A stretch of DNA of 64,000 nucleotides from an uncultured Oscillospiraceae bacterium. GTDB lineage: Bacteria; Bacillota; Clostridia; Saccharofermentanales; UBA5734. The notes under the pieces were generated by a model. That model saw nothing but the letters and a program-made list of their open reading frames with translations. It ran no database searches and was not told the DNA's origin. This document shows, piece by piece, positions 1-11,639 of the stretch. The DNA lies in assembly GCA_964507305.1 (NCBI GenBank), contig CAZDPQ010000001.1, positions 16,507-80,506 on the forward strand. The letters run 5' to 3'. The position numbers and the translations under genes are program-made. Every line of letters starts with the position of its first letter. Position 1 is the stretch's first letter.

Positions 1-1447
1 TATCTTCTCCGATCCGGAAACTCCAGTTGCCGGACGGGGTCCCGGGAATGTTCATCCTCGTGTCTGCGCCGAGTCCGCAAAGATCCTGGACCGGAAGGAT
101 CGTCAGAGCCGCAGGCGACTGCCAGAGCGTCCGGGCGGCCGCAAACGGGAATGCCTCGTCCGTTCCTCCTGCCTGGATCGCGCCGTCATCGCCGATGCCG
201 CAATAGCGCAGAGCAAATGCGCGCTGTTCGTCGCCGGCCTCGCAAAGCCAGCCGAGCAGGGTGCTGTTGTCATGGGTGCCGGTGTACGCGACACAATTTC
301 TCGTGTAGTTGTGAGGCAGATGTTCGCTGTCCGCCGCGGGATCAAAGCCGAACTGAAGCACCTTCATCCCGGGGAAGCCGGAATCCCGCAGAAACTGACG
401 GACCCCGTCGCTGATGTCCCCAAGATCTTCTGCGATGATGGCTGCATCTCCGAATGCTTCGCGGACCTTGTTGAAAAGTCGCATTGCAGGGCCCTTGCGC
501 CATCGGCCGGACACCGCTGTCGGCGATCCGGCGTCGACCTCCCAGTAGGATTCGAATCCCCTGAAATGGTCGATGCGGATGAGGTCGAACCGGCCGAGCG
601 CTTCCCGGATCCTGGAGATCCACCATGCGAAACCCGTCTCCTCCATCCTGTCCCAATCATAGATCGGATTGCCCCACAGCTGCCCGTCGGCTGAAAAATA
701 ATCCGGCGGCACACCTGCGACGACCTTCGGCGACAGGTCCCCGTTCAGCTTGAACAGGTACGGCGCACCCCAGACATCGCTGCTGTCCATTGACACATAG
801 ATCGGCATGTCGCCGACCACCCGGATCCCGAGGCGGTTCACCGCTTCCTTCAGCCCGGACCACTGCGTATGGAACACATACTGCGCAAATTTCCAGAAAT
901 CGACCTCCCCGGGCTCCTCCGCGCGCACCTTCTCAAGAGCGGTCCTCTCGTGCCGCTTCAGCGCCGGATCGGGCCACAGCCAGAACGGCTGACCGCCGAA
1001 CCGCTCGCGGATCGTCATGAACAGCGCGTAATCCTCCAGCCAGCCGGCATGCTCCCGGGCAAAGGCTTCGACGCGGGTGCGGTGCCCGGGCCCGGTCCTC
1101 GTATAGGCAAGGCGGAGCATTTCGAGCGCTTTATCATATGCGAAGCCGTAATCCGTCCGGGACGCGCAGCCCGGATACGCAAAGCACGCGCATTCGCGCG
1201 GGTCGAGAAGTCCTTCGTCCGCCAGGCCCTCCGGTCCGATGAGCCCGATGTACCCGGCGAACGCGGAATAGGCCATGTAAGGAGAATGGCTCTCGTCGAC
1301 CGGGGTGAACGGAAGGACCTGCCAGTACGTGAATCCGGCTCTGCCCAGGAGCCTTGCGAATCGCACCGCTTCCGTGCCGAACTTGCCGATGCCGTACGGC
1401 CCCGGCAATGATGTGATGTGCATCAGGACTCCGCCTGCGCGTTCCAT
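1..1447 (-). CDS. malQ: 4-alpha-glucanotransferase (amylomaltase, GH77); C-terminal end runs off the left edge
   Basis: Absent from the ORF track because there is no in-window stop. My translation from ATG 1447-1445 reads MERAGGVLMHITSLPGPYGIGKFG...YWQVLPFTPV. Near base 2 it reads ...RMNIPGTPSGNWSFRIGED. Both are hallmark MalQ motifs, and the frame stays open across the whole span. Confidence 0.88.
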   Translation of the reverse strand, partial: MERAGGVLMHITSLPGPYGIGKFGTEAVRFARLLGRAGFTYWQVLPFTPVDESHSPYMAYSAFAGYIGLIGPEGLADEGLLDPRECACFAYPGCASRTDYGFAYDKALEMLRLAYTRTGPGHRTRVEAFAREHAGWLEDYALFMTIRERFGGQPFWLWPDPALKRHERTALEKVRAEEPGEVDFWKFAQYVFHTQWSGLKEAVNRLGIRVVGDMPIYVSMDSSDVWGAPYLFKLNGDLSPKVVAGVPPDYFSADGQLWGNPIYDWDRMEETGFAWWISRIREALGRFDLIRIDHFRGFESYWEVDAGSPTAVSGRWRKGPAMRLFNKVREAFGDAAIIAEDLGDISDGVRQFLRDSGFPGMKVLQFGFDPAADSEHLPHNYTRNCVAYTGTHDNSTLLGWLCEAGDEQRAFALRYCGIGDDGAIQAGGTDEAFPFAAARTLWQSPAALTILPVQDLCGLGADTRMNIPGTPSGNWSFRIGED

Positions 1448-1560
1448 GCGACCGACCTTCTTTCCCTAAACCTCGTGTCCCGGCTGTTGATTCCATTGTA
1501 GCACAAGGGCGCCGCCATGCAATCCCGCCGCCTTCGTGGAATCCCTTCGCAACTGCTGCT

Positions 1561-3258
1561 TCAGGGCGCCAGACGGAGCATGCGCCGGCCGGCGATCGAG
1601 CGGATCCCGTACGCCGATATCACGGACAGGACAGCCGGCAGGGCGATGACATACGCCGCGGTGGCTGCGAGAGAAAACGCGAAAACGATCGGCGGGACGA
1701 CGACCGCCGCCCCGAAGATCCCGGAAGCCAGCATCCCGAGGAGCACGTTCATGTTCTGCTTGACGGCCTTCTGCTCGTTGTCCCACTTGATCTTCGGCGT
1801 ATAAAGGTCGAAAGCCATGCCGGTGATATTCGGCAGAGCCACGGCGCCGGGGATGACGGCAAGGCCGAGGAGGACAAGCCAGAGCGGTGGGGCGGCAAGG
1901 ACGGTAAAAACGGCCAGCAGGACGATGGCGCCGCCCGCGCTCAGGAGGATCCCTGTAAGGATCTTGGCGAAAATCTGTCTGCGGTAGCTCATCGGGATGA
2001 TCTTCATCCAATAGGCGCAGCTTCCCTCCCGCGAAATCGCGGTCTCGGTGATCCCGTTGGTCCCGCAGGTAAAGGTGATGAATCCATAAAGCCCGAGCAG
2101 GACATAGGACGCGTACTTGAGATATGCCGGATCGCCGAGAGACGCCATGAATCCCCGGATCATCCCGACCGTGAACGCTCCGTCTCCGGAGCTGTTCATC
2201 AGGAATGGGAACAGCATGATGAACGGCATCATAAAATTGAGAAGAACATTGTTCATGAAAAAGATCGGTGTCCGGAAAAGGATCCGGAGTTCCTTCAGCA
2301 CATAGGCGCCCGTCGCGCCGCCGGCGGAAGATGTCTCCGCGATTTCCGAGTCGGAAAGCTTTCTGCCCCGGGAGGGCGAGTCCGAGATCCCGATGACTCC
2401 TTTGAAATACAGCAGGCTCGCGGCAAAATAGAGCAGGACGAAAAACAAGGCGGACAGCCCGGCAAACAGCAGGAGCATGAGGAAGGAATCGATCCCTTCC
2501 GGCTTGGCCAGCGCGTAATTGGCAAACCAGGTGCCGGGGAAAATGCGCGAGGTCACCGAGGCGATCGCTTCCGCGCTTTTCGACAGCAGCGCCGGCAGAT
2601 CCGCTTCGCTGGTCCGGGACATGACGGCCTGCAGCCCGAAATTGAGGCCAAGCCCGACAAACAGTGCCAGAAGGCCGCTGACCATCGTGAACCGGTCCTT
2701 GTTCCTCGCGGCGGGCGCAAAACGCATGATCGCCATGATGACAAGGCTGGACAGGACGAGCGGGATGACCGGCAGCAGCAGGAGGATGACCAGCGCGTAA
2801 AGATAGAAGAGGAAGGGGGCGCCGCTGCGGATCCCGTATGTAGCCATGGCCGGCAGGAGAAGCATCAGGACGATCAGGTACTCGTAGAAAAGCGTGGTCA
2901 GGAATTTTGCCGTTATGATCTCGCCCGGCCGGAACGGAAGCGGAAGGATCCGTGTCACGTCGTTCGAAAAATAGAAAACGCTCATCACGTAGAACAGGCC
3001 GAAGAAAAAGACGAGGAAGGAAGCCGCGCTCACGGCCAGTGTGATCACCAGGCTTTCGAGCCCGACCGGGCTCAGGAGATCGTACCCTCCCGACGCGAAG
3101 ATCACACCGAGCGCGCCCATGTATACGCCGACAAACCCTAGAAGGAGCGTCATCCCGGCCTTCCCGAAACGCCGCTTCTTCTGCTGCGTGTCGCCGCCCA
3201 GATTGAGGGCACCGCTGCCCTTTATAAGGATTCTCGTAAGAAGCAGGATCCTTTTCAT
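1561..3258 (-). CDS. polytopic membrane protein, putative permease partner of the adjacent ABC ATPase
   Basis: ORF 1561..3273 has many hydrophobic segments. I prefer ATG 3258 (MKRILLL), which follows GAGGGGTG and sits 5 nt after the ATPase stop. The function is called from context only. Confidence 0.6.
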   Translation of the reverse strand: MKRILLLTRILIKGSGALNLGGDTQQKKRRFGKAGMTLLLGFVGVYMGALGVIFASGGYDLLSPVGLESLVITLAVSAASFLVFFFGLFYVMSVFYFSNDVTRILPLPFRPGEIITAKFLTTLFYEYLIVLMLLLPAMATYGIRSGAPFLFYLYALVILLLLPVIPLVLSSLVIMAIMRFAPAARNKDRFTMVSGLLALFVGLGLNFGLQAVMSRTSEADLPALLSKSAEAIASVTSRIFPGTWFANYALAKPEGIDSFLMLLLFAGLSALFFVLLYFAASLLYFKGVIGISDSPSRGRKLSDSEIAETSSAGGATGAYVLKELRILFRTPIFFMNNVLLNFMMPFIMLFPFLMNSSGDGAFTVGMIRGFMASLGDPAYLKYASYVLLGLYGFITFTCGTNGITETAISREGSCAYWMKIIPMSYRRQIFAKILTGILLSAGGAIVLLAVFTVLAAPPLWLVLLGLAVIPGAVALPNITGMAFDLYTPKIKWDNEQKAVKQNMNVLLGMLASGIFGAAVVVPPIVFAFSLAATAAYVIALPAVLSVISAYGIRSIAGRRMLRLAP

Positions 3259-3262
3259 ACGG

Positions 3263-3994
3263 TCACCCCTCATTCTCCCCTGTCAGCTCCAGGAACATCG
3301 ACTCCAGGGATTCCTGCGACCGGAACTCGCCGCGCATCTCATCGACCGATCCGGTGAACAGGATCCGGCCTTTGTCAACGATCGAGATCCTGTCGCACAC
3401 CTTTTCGGCGACATCGAGCACGTGTGTGGAAAAAAACACGCTCTTCCCGCTGTCGGCGTGCTCGCGCATCATTTCCTTGAGCTGGAAGGAGGATTTCGGG
3501 TCCAGGCCGGTCATCGGTTCGTCCAGGATCCAGGCGTCCGGGCTGTGGATCAGGGCGCCGATGATCAGCAGTTTCTGCCGCATGCCGTGCGAATAGCTCT
3601 GGATCCGGTCGCCGAGCGCCGATTCGAGTCCGAATTTCGACGCCATGGAGACGATCCGGGGAGCCCTCACATCGGCAGGGACATTGTAGACATCGGCCAT
3701 GAACCGGAGGTATTCGATCCCTTTGAGCCGCGGGAAAATGTTCGGGTCATCCGGTACATAGCCGAAACTCTGCTTGGCGGCCAGCGGCTCCCGGACGATG
3801 TCGTGTCCGCTGATCCGGATCGAGCCCTCGTCGGCGGACAGGATCCCCGTCATGAGCTTGATCGTGGTAGTCTTCCCCGCTCCGTTCGGTCCGAGGAAGC
3901 CGAAGATCTCCCCGTTGCGGATCGTCAGCGAGATATTGTCCACCGCCTTGATTTTTCCATTGTAGGTCTTCGATACATTGCTGATTTCGATCAT
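3263..3994 (-). CDS. ABC transporter ATP-binding protein
   Basis: Walker A GPNGAGKTTT, signature-like SHGMRQK and Walker B AWILDEP. The likely start MIEISNVSKTY at 3994 forms an ATGA overlap with the upstream stop at 3991. Confidence 0.9.
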   Translation of the reverse strand: MIEISNVSKTYNGKIKAVDNISLTIRNGEIFGFLGPNGAGKTTTIKLMTGILSADEGSIRISGHDIVREPLAAKQSFGYVPDDPNIFPRLKGIEYLRFMADVYNVPADVRAPRIVSMASKFGLESALGDRIQSYSHGMRQKLLIIGALIHSPDAWILDEPMTGLDPKSSFQLKEMMREHADSGKSVFFSTHVLDVAEKVCDRISIVDKGRILFTGSVDEMRGEFRSQESLESMFLELTGENEG

Positions 3995-4641
3995 ACCGTT
4001 TTCACTCCTTCTGATCCATCTTTTTTCACACACTTCAGCACTCTGTAGCCGGCGCTTCGCGAGATGGGCTCGCAGCGGCCGAACAGCTCCTCCAGTTTTT
4101 CCGCCGATGACGGGGCGCCCTGCTTTTTCTGGATGACTACAAAGAGGATCCCGCCGGGGACCAGCCGTTCGAGCGATTCTTCATAAAACCGGAACACGGT
4201 CTTCTTGCCTGCGCGGATCGGCGGATTGGTCAGGATGATGTCGAAAATGCCCGGCACATCCGAAAAACCGTCCGATACGATCACATCCGCGTATTTGACG
4301 TGGTTGCGCTGCATGTTGTCTGCCGCAAGGGCTGCGGCGCGCCGGTTGATGTCCGCCATCACGACCGACGTTTCGGGGAACAGCCGCTTGACGACCGTGC
4401 CGACCAGGCCGTAGCCGCAGCCGAGGTCCAGGACGCGGACGCCTCCCGCCAGCCCCGCTTTTCTCTGTTCGATGAATGTGTTCAGCAGCAGTTCGCTGCC
4501 GAAATCCGGTTTGCCGCGCGAGAAGACGCCGCTGTCCGTGACAAATTGAAAATCGACGCCTCCGAACCGGCACGAAAATCCGCCCGGGTCGCTTGCCGCG
4601 GCAGGCTGCGCATCGAAATAATGGGATCCGCCTTCTTTCAT
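3991..4641 (-). CDS. class I SAM-dependent methyltransferase (RsmC/RlmG-like small methyltransferase domain)
   Basis: VLDLGCGYGLVG SAM-binding motif and a TNPPIRAGK (NPPxH-like) motif. The start makes an ATGA overlap with the queT stop. Confidence 0.75.
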   Translation of the reverse strand: MKEGGSHYFDAQPAAASDPGGFSCRFGGVDFQFVTDSGVFSRGKPDFGSELLLNTFIEQRKAGLAGGVRVLDLGCGYGLVGTVVKRLFPETSVVMADINRRAAALAADNMQRNHVKYADVIVSDGFSDVPGIFDIILTNPPIRAGKKTVFRFYEESLERLVPGGILFVVIQKKQGAPSSAEKLEELFGRCEPISRSAGYRVLKCVKKDGSEGVKTV

Positions 4642-5282
4642 TCGCCGTGCCCTCCGGTCTTCCCGGCGCCGTCCGTGCCGCGGTCTTTGCGGAAAAGAAC
4701 GGCAAAGGGCTTTTCGCGCATGTCATCCTTGAAAAGGCCGGTTTTCCGGATCCCGAAATACAGTGGCAGCCCGATGACAAAGGTGACGGCCGCCTCTCCG
4801 GCCATTACTGACCCGATGCTGGCCGCCAGGACGATCCAGAGGCTCGATGCCAGGCCGCGGATCTCCGGGATGACGAAGGGGAGATACCCTCCGACGATGA
4901 TGCCGTTGAAAAGGATCGCCGGCAGCGGCAGAACGGCAGCCCGGCCCCATTCCGCCCGGCTCCGGATGCCGCCGGGAAGCGGATCGCCGGGCACGGGTGC
5001 CTGCCGGGCGGCGATGCGGCAGATGGCCAGGGCTGCCAGGAGCGTAGCCGTGCTGCCGAATACGATGTCGATGATCCCGAGCCCGCCGAACAGGTTCGCC
5101 AATATGCAGCCGATGAACAGTCCCGGCACGGCCGCGGGCGTCAGCGCCGCGAGGAGCATGAGGGCTTCCGATACGCGGAATTGAAGCATCCCGTAGCTGA
5201 TGGGATACACGGCAAGCGTCAGCGCTGTGTATAGCGCCGCGATGACGGCTGCCTTGGCGATGAATCGTGCGGAATATCTCAT
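4638..5282 (-). CDS. queT: queuosine-precursor transporter QueT family membrane protein
   Basis: AALYTALTLAVYPISYGMLQFRVSEALMLLA...IDIVFGSTATLLAA matches the QueT (COG4708) pattern as I recall it. The protein is multi-TM. Confidence 0.75.
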   Translation of the reverse strand: MRYSARFIAKAAVIAALYTALTLAVYPISYGMLQFRVSEALMLLAALTPAAVPGLFIGCILANLFGGLGIIDIVFGSTATLLAALAICRIAARQAPVPGDPLPGGIRSRAEWGRAAVLPLPAILFNGIIVGGYLPFVIPEIRGLASSLWIVLAASIGSVMAGEAAVTFVIGLPLYFGIRKTGLFKDDMREKPFAVLFRKDRGTDGAGKTGGHGE

Positions 5283-5347
5283 GACTTCGCTCCTGTCCGT
5301 ACTTGTCCTGTCGTATCCTATCCTGTTGCCCTGCCCCGGCGGCCGGT

Positions 5348-6337
5348 TCAGATCCGGGTCAGAAGGAAAAGCGACTCTCCCTCGATGTCGTATCCTCGCA
5401 TGTCCGCCGGAATAAAAAAGGTCTCCCCTCTCGAAAAGGCGGTCGCGGTGCCGGCGTGCCGGATCACACCGCTTCCTTCAAGAAAAAGGAGAGCATGAAA
5501 CGAGTCGCTCCCCGCAAAAAGATGTGCGCTCCCCCGGCTGACACGGTATTCGGTCACCTGGAAATATGCGCATGAAGCCAGCAGACGGGTCGTGCCGAAC
5601 GGCTCTTCCCTGTACCCGCCGGCGCTCCGGCCGTCAAAGGAGGACGCACGGAGGTCGGATACGTCGGCTGCCTTTTCGAGATGCAGCGTCCTTCCGGTCC
5701 CGTCGGCGTTTTTGCGCCCGAAATCATATACCCTGTACGTCACATCGGAATTCTGCTGGATCTCGGCGATGATCAGGTCCGCGCCGATGGCATGCACCGT
5801 GCCGGGCCGGATGAAATAGGCATCCCCGCGCCGGACCGGGATCCTGTTCATCAGGCCGGGCAGCGAATGGTCCGCGGTCGCTTCCCGGAACTGCTCCGGG
5901 CTGATGTCTTCCCGGAAGCCGCAGAGGATGCTCCCCGTCTCCCCTGGGTCGGCGATGTACCACATCTCGGTCTTGCCCTGGTCCCCCTCGTGCTCGAGCG
6001 CGTAGGCATCATCCGGATGGACCTGGACCGATAGGCTCTGCCGGGGATCGATCAGCTTGATCAGGATCGGGAAACGGCCGCTGCCGCCGGAACGGGTGCC
6101 GAGACACGCGCGGCCGAAAGCCTCGATGACCTCACCGAGCGTCTTCCCGGCAAGCGGTCCATTGTCCGCTGTGCTCTGGCCGTTCCGGTGCGCGGAAAGC
6201 TCCCAGCTCTCCGCCGTGATCGCGTAAGGGCTCTTCTTGCCCCACTCCCGGGCCAGCTTGTCGCCGCCCCAGAAGTAATCTTTGAAAACGGGCCTCATCC
6301 GGACGGGATACCGGAGAAGCAGGTTGTCGTTCCGCAT
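5348..6337 (-). CDS. manA: class I mannose-6-phosphate isomerase
   Basis: SVQVHPDDAYA...KTEMWYI metal-site motif. GGAGG lies 8 nt upstream of ATG 6337. Confidence 0.8.
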   Translation of the reverse strand: MRNDNLLLRYPVRMRPVFKDYFWGGDKLAREWGKKSPYAITAESWELSAHRNGQSTADNGPLAGKTLGEVIEAFGRACLGTRSGGSGRFPILIKLIDPRQSLSVQVHPDDAYALEHEGDQGKTEMWYIADPGETGSILCGFREDISPEQFREATADHSLPGLMNRIPVRRGDAYFIRPGTVHAIGADLIIAEIQQNSDVTYRVYDFGRKNADGTGRTLHLEKAADVSDLRASSFDGRSAGGYREEPFGTTRLLASCAYFQVTEYRVSRGSAHLFAGSDSFHALLFLEGSGVIRHAGTATAFSRGETFFIPADMRGYDIEGESLFLLTRI

Positions 6338-6357
6338 CGCGTCCGCCTCCGTCCCGT

Positions 6358-7326
6358 TCAGCCCCGGGCGGCAAGCATGGCCGCACCGATGATGCCTGCG
6401 TCGTTCCCGAGTTTGGCTCTCATGATCGGGGGGATCTCCACCTTGTCCTGCGCGTAGCAGTTCTCCGCCGCGAACCGGCGGATCGGATCGAACAGATAAT
6501 CCCCTTCGTTGCAGATCCCGCCGCCGATCAGGAAGATCTCCGGCCGGAAAATATTGATCATGTTGACGATGCCCTCGGAAAGATACCGGATGTACCGGTC
6601 GACGACCTTCTGTGCCGATGCGTCGCCCTTGCGCGCGGCCTCGAACGCGGTCCGCCCGCTGACCCTGGCGGGGTCCCGCCCGGTCATCTCCTGCAGGAGC
6701 GAATCCGGATCCGATTCCATGGCCTCGCGGGTCATCCGGATGAGACCGGTCGCGGACGAATAGCTCTCCCAGCAGCCCCGGCGTCCGCAGGTGCAGAGGA
6801 CGCCTCCGACCTCGATCACGGTGTGCCCGAGCTCCGCTCCGGCCCCGTGCTCTCCCTCATAGATGCGTCCGTCTACGAGGATGCCTCCGCCGAGCCCGGT
6901 CCCGAGCGTGATGAGGACGACATTGCGCAGGCCGCGCGCCGCGCCGCAGTCGGCGGTCTCGCCGAGGGCCGCGCAGTTGGCGTCGTTGCCGACATAGGAA
7001 GGCAGGTCGATATGACGACGCATCTCGCTGCACATCGGGACATTGTCAAAATGGAGATTGTTGGCATAGATGACCGTGCCGTTCCTGGAATCGACGGTGC
7101 CCGGAGATCCGATGCCGATCCCGGCGATCCTGTCGAGCGAAATGCCGGCCATGCTGCAGGCGGTCACGGCGGCGGATGCCATGTCCGCGACGATGTCGGC
7201 GTAATCCCGCTGCGGGTATGTCGGGAGGCTGGTCTTCGCCAGAATGGCGCCGCTGCGGTCGACGACGCCGGCCGCGATGTTCGTGCCGCCGAGGTCGATG
7301 CCGATCGAAAATTCACGCTCGCTCAC
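6358..7326 (-). CDS. glcK: ROK-family glucokinase
   Basis: GIDLGGTNIAAGVVD ATP-binding motif and a CTCGRRGCWESY zinc motif. The ORF track begins at 7407, but GTG 7326 (VSEREFSIGIDLGG) gives the normal N-terminus. The start remains uncertain. Confidence 0.8.
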   Translation of the reverse strand: MSEREFSIGIDLGGTNIAAGVVDRSGAILAKTSLPTYPQRDYADIVADMASAAVTACSMAGISLDRIAGIGIGSPGTVDSRNGTVIYANNLHFDNVPMCSEMRRHIDLPSYVGNDANCAALGETADCGAARGLRNVVLITLGTGLGGGILVDGRIYEGEHGAGAELGHTVIEVGGVLCTCGRRGCWESYSSATGLIRMTREAMESDPDSLLQEMTGRDPARVSGRTAFEAARKGDASAQKVVDRYIRYLSEGIVNMINIFRPEIFLIGGGICNEGDYLFDPIRRFAAENCYAQDKVEIPPIMRAKLGNDAGIIGAAMLAARG

Positions 7327-7451
7327 GTTGATCCTGCTTTCTCCGGCGGAAACCCCGCCGGGCGGATGGTATTGCCGGAATGGGAAAATGCGGCCGGCCG
7401 TCCGCAAAGACGATCCGACCGCATCATCATATCACAGGTCTTTTTACCGCG

Positions 7452-9161
7452 TCAATTTGGGATCGCGCGCACGGCGGCGGCAATTTCGGCGACCGCCTCG
7501 TCCGGGGTCCGCTCGAAAACGTCCCCGCTGTTCCTGTACTTGATCTCCACGATCCCCTGGGCGGCCTTACGGCCCGCCGTTACGCGGATCGGTATGCCGA
7601 TCAGCTCGCTGTCCTTGAACTTGACGCCGGGCCTCTCGTCCCTGTCGTCGATCAGAACTTCCACGCCGGCCTCCGAAAGCCGGCCGTAAATCTCCCGGGC
7701 GAGCGACATCTGGACTTCGTCGGAAGCCATGACCGGCACCACCACCGCGTGGTACGGCGCCAGGGCCAAAGGCCAGATGATGCCATTGTCGTCGTGGTTC
7801 TGCTCGATCACGGCAGCCATCGTCCGGTTGAGGCCGATGCCGTAGCAGCCCATGATCATCGGATGCTCTTTTCCCTCTTCATCCAGAAAATTGCAGCCGA
7901 GCGCCGCCGAGTATTTGGTGCCAAGCTTGAAAATATGACCGACCTCGATGCCCCTGCAGAGGTCGACCGGCGCGCCGCAGACGGGGCAGCGGTCGCCCGC
8001 GGCGATCGTGCGGATGTCGGCGACGATGTCCGGCTGAAAATCGATGCCCGGATTGATATTCATCCAGTGGTAGTCCGTCTCATTGGTTCCGGCGACCAGA
8101 TTGGACGACGCGGCGACCTCCCTGTCGCAGACGATGCGGATCCTGCGCCGAAGCCCGACGGGCCCCGCGAATCCCACGGCAGCTCCGGTGATCTCCTCCA
8201 CATCCTTCGGACCGGCCATCGCGATCTCGCCGCCGCCGAGCAGATTGGACAGCTTCGTCTCGTTGAGCTCCCGGTCGCCTCGCACGATGGCCATGACGAA
8301 CTCGTCCCCGGCCTGGTAAATCAGGGATTTCGCGAAACGGTCGGGGGAGAGGCTGAGAAAAGCCATCAGCTCCTCGATCGTCCGCGTGTCGGGCGTATGG
8401 ACCTTCACCGGCGCGACCGGCGCGCCGTTTGCGGCGGGAGCCGGAACGGCCTCGCCCTTTTCGTCGTTGGCCGCGAAGCCGCATGCCGTGCAGAACGCGA
8501 CCGTCGCTTCGCCCACGGCGGATTTTACCATGAATTCCTGCGATCCGCTCCCGCCCATGGCGCCCGAATCGGCGTCCACGATGATGTAATCGAGTCCGCA
8601 GCGGTCGAAGATCGCGCGGTAGGCCTTCTCCATCGCGCGGTAGGAAACATCGAGACCGGCATCGTCCCGGTCGAAGCTGTACGCGTCCTTCATGACGAAT
8701 TCGCGGCTGCGCATCACGCCGAACCTCGGACGTTTCTCGTCGCGGTATTTGTGCTGGATCTGGTAGAGCGTGACCGGCAGGCTGCGGTAGGAACGGATCT
8801 CATTCCGCACCGTGTCGGTGAAAGGCTCCTCATGCGTGGGGCCGAGGCAGAACTCGCGGCCGTTACGGTCCCTGAACCGGAACATCTCGGGTCCGAACAC
8901 GTCCCAGCGGCCGGACTCCTGATAGATCTCGGCGGGCAGCACGGCGGGCATGATCAGCTCCTGCGCGCCTGCCCGGTCCATCTCCTCGCGGACGATCCTC
9001 TCGACCTTGCGGAAGGTGCGCAGCCCCATCGGGAGATAGGAATAGACACCGGATGCGACCTTGCGCATCAGGCCTGCCCGGAGCATCAGCTGGTGGCTGG
9101 CGATCTCGGCTTCCGAGGGCACCTCCCTCTGGGTCGGCATGAACATCTGCGTTATCCGCAT
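7452..9161 (-). CDS. proS: proline--tRNA ligase
   Basis: [31 protein letters not shown] is a canonical ProRS N-terminus. The ORF-track start at 9167 is TTG. ATG 9161 has AAGGAGA 8 nt upstream. Confidence 0.95.
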   Translation of the reverse strand: MRITQMFMPTQREVPSEAEIASHQLMLRAGLMRKVASGVYSYLPMGLRTFRKVERIVREEMDRAGAQELIMPAVLPAEIYQESGRWDVFGPEMFRFRDRNGREFCLGPTHEEPFTDTVRNEIRSYRSLPVTLYQIQHKYRDEKRPRFGVMRSREFVMKDAYSFDRDDAGLDVSYRAMEKAYRAIFDRCGLDYIIVDADSGAMGGSGSQEFMVKSAVGEATVAFCTACGFAANDEKGEAVPAPAANGAPVAPVKVHTPDTRTIEELMAFLSLSPDRFAKSLIYQAGDEFVMAIVRGDRELNETKLSNLLGGGEIAMAGPKDVEEITGAAVGFAGPVGLRRRIRIVCDREVAASSNLVAGTNETDYHWMNINPGIDFQPDIVADIRTIAAGDRCPVCGAPVDLCRGIEVGHIFKLGTKYSAALGCNFLDEEGKEHPMIMGCYGIGLNRTMAAVIEQNHDDNGIIWPLALAPYHAVVVPVMASDEVQMSLAREIYGRLSEAGVEVLIDDRDERPGVKFKDSELIGIPIRVTAGRKAAQGIVEIKYRNSGDVFERTPDEAVAEIAAAVRAIPN

Positions 9162-9227
9162 CGGCAATTTCTCCTTCTATCCGTCAAGTCAATGCATACG
9201 CGCCGCCATGCGCCGCGCCCCGCGGGG

Positions 9228-10427
9228 TCATTTTCTGGAACAGATCTCCTCGGTCTCCATGGCGATCGCGCGTTCTTCATTCGTCGGGACGACCATGATC
9301 AGGCTCGTCGAATCGGGGGTGGAAATGATCGCTTCCTGACCCCGCACCATGTTTTTCACCGGGTCGAGCTTCATGCCCAGGAATTCGAGCCCCTCGACGA
9401 TGCCCGCCCGTACGATCTGGACGTTCTCGCCGATGCCGGCCGTGAAGATCACGGCGTCGACGCCGCCCATGGCCGCCGCGTAGGCTCCGATGTACTTCTT
9501 GCACTGGTACTCGAACATCTGGAGCGCCAGCTCGGCGCGCTTGTTGCCCTTGAGCGCGGCGGCCTCCAGGTCGCGGAAATCGCTGCTGACGCCGGACAGG
9601 CCGGCGACGCCGCTTTTCTTGTTCATCAGGTTTTCCACGCCTCTCGCGTCCAGACCTTCCTTCTCCATCAGGACCGTCACGATCGCGGGATCGATGTCCC
9701 CGCAGCGCGTACCCATGCACACGCCGGCCAGAGGCGTCAGGCCCATGGACGTGTCGATGCACTCGCCGTACCGGATCGCGGCGATCGACGAACCATTGCC
9801 GAGATGGCAGGTGATCAGGCGGAGAGACGCGTAGGGCTTGCCGATGATCTCGGCCGCGCGGCGGGCGACATAGGCGTGCGATGTGCCGTGGAAACCGTAT
9901 CGGCGGATCTTGTGGTTTTCGTAAACCTCATAAGGCAAAGCATACATGAACGCCTTCGGAGGCATCGTCTGGTGAAAGGCGGTGTCGAACACGGCGACCT
10001 GCGGGACGCCCGGCATCGCGGCTTCGCAGGCCTCGATCCCGGTCATGTTCGGCGGATTGTGGAGCGGGGCGAGCGCGTAGCAGGCCCGGATGGCCACCTT
10101 GACCTCCGGCGTGATCCGCTCCGCCCTGGAAAACTTCTCGCCGCCGTGGACGACCCGATGCCCGATCGCTTCGATCTCGTCCATGGACTTGATGCAGCCG
10201 TAGGTCTCGTCGGTCAGGACCTTCAGGACGGCCGCCATCGCGTCATTATGGTCCGCGAAGACCGCCGGGATGACGGATGGCTCTTCGCCGTTCTTCGAAT
10301 GCTTGATGATCGAATCGACAAGGCCGATCCGGTCGGCGATCCCTTTGGCCAGGACTTCGCCCGTCCCCGTCCGGATCAGCTGGTATTTCAGGGATGAGCT
10401 CCCCGCGTTGATGACAAGTACTTTCAT
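9228..10427 (-). CDS. ackA: acetate kinase
   Basis: MKVLVINAGSSSLKYQL N-terminus; the protein is full length at 399 aa. Confidence 0.96.
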   Translation of the reverse strand: MKVLVINAGSSSLKYQLIRTGTGEVLAKGIADRIGLVDSIIKHSKNGEEPSVIPAVFADHNDAMAAVLKVLTDETYGCIKSMDEIEAIGHRVVHGGEKFSRAERITPEVKVAIRACYALAPLHNPPNMTGIEACEAAMPGVPQVAVFDTAFHQTMPPKAFMYALPYEVYENHKIRRYGFHGTSHAYVARRAAEIIGKPYASLRLITCHLGNGSSIAAIRYGECIDTSMGLTPLAGVCMGTRCGDIDPAIVTVLMEKEGLDARGVENLMNKKSGVAGLSGVSSDFRDLEAAALKGNKRAELALQMFEYQCKKYIGAYAAAMGGVDAVIFTAGIGENVQIVRAGIVEGLEFLGMKLDPVKNMVRGQEAIISTPDSTSLIMVVPTNEERAIAMETEEICSRK

Positions 10428-10493
10428 TGGACTCTTTCCTCCCGAAAGATCCGGCGCTCCGGCGCCCGGACCGATGTCTCCATTTAAAAAATG

Positions 10494-11586
<1,093 letters not shown>

Positions 11587-11639
11587 ACTCAATCTGTCCC
11601 GCAATATCGGCAAAATGGTCTTGATCTCCACCGTTTCTG

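Noticed and set aside
5283-5347. Possible preQ1 riboswitch upstream of queT
   Set aside because: Only 65 nt separate queT from the manA stop. The sequence lacks the short hairpin plus A-rich tail (..ACAAAACAAGG-like) of preQ1-I. It is also too short for the preQ1-II motif found before queT in streptococci. queT is probably co-transcribed with manA.
9162-9227. T-box leader expected upstream of proS
   Set aside because: The gap to the ackA stop is only about 65 nt. It contains just an AAGGAGA RBS, with no specifier hairpin, T-box sequence or terminator.
7380-10397. Very long plus-strand ORFs. Examples are 7380..10397 (1005 aa), 18661..20268, 20621..22375, 30692..32317, 36617..37804, 44713..45630 and 62489..63739. 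There are also long minus-strand ones such as 13046..14491 and 16156..17259.
   Set aside because: They lie antisense to unambiguous conserved genes (proS/ackA, clpC, mcsB, phoR, pstS, trpC/D, ntpD/B, tmcAL and the pseudouridine synthase gene). They have Arg/Pro/Gly/His-rich low-complexity translations, which is the usual shadow-ORF effect of high GC. None shows an RBS or recognisable motifs.
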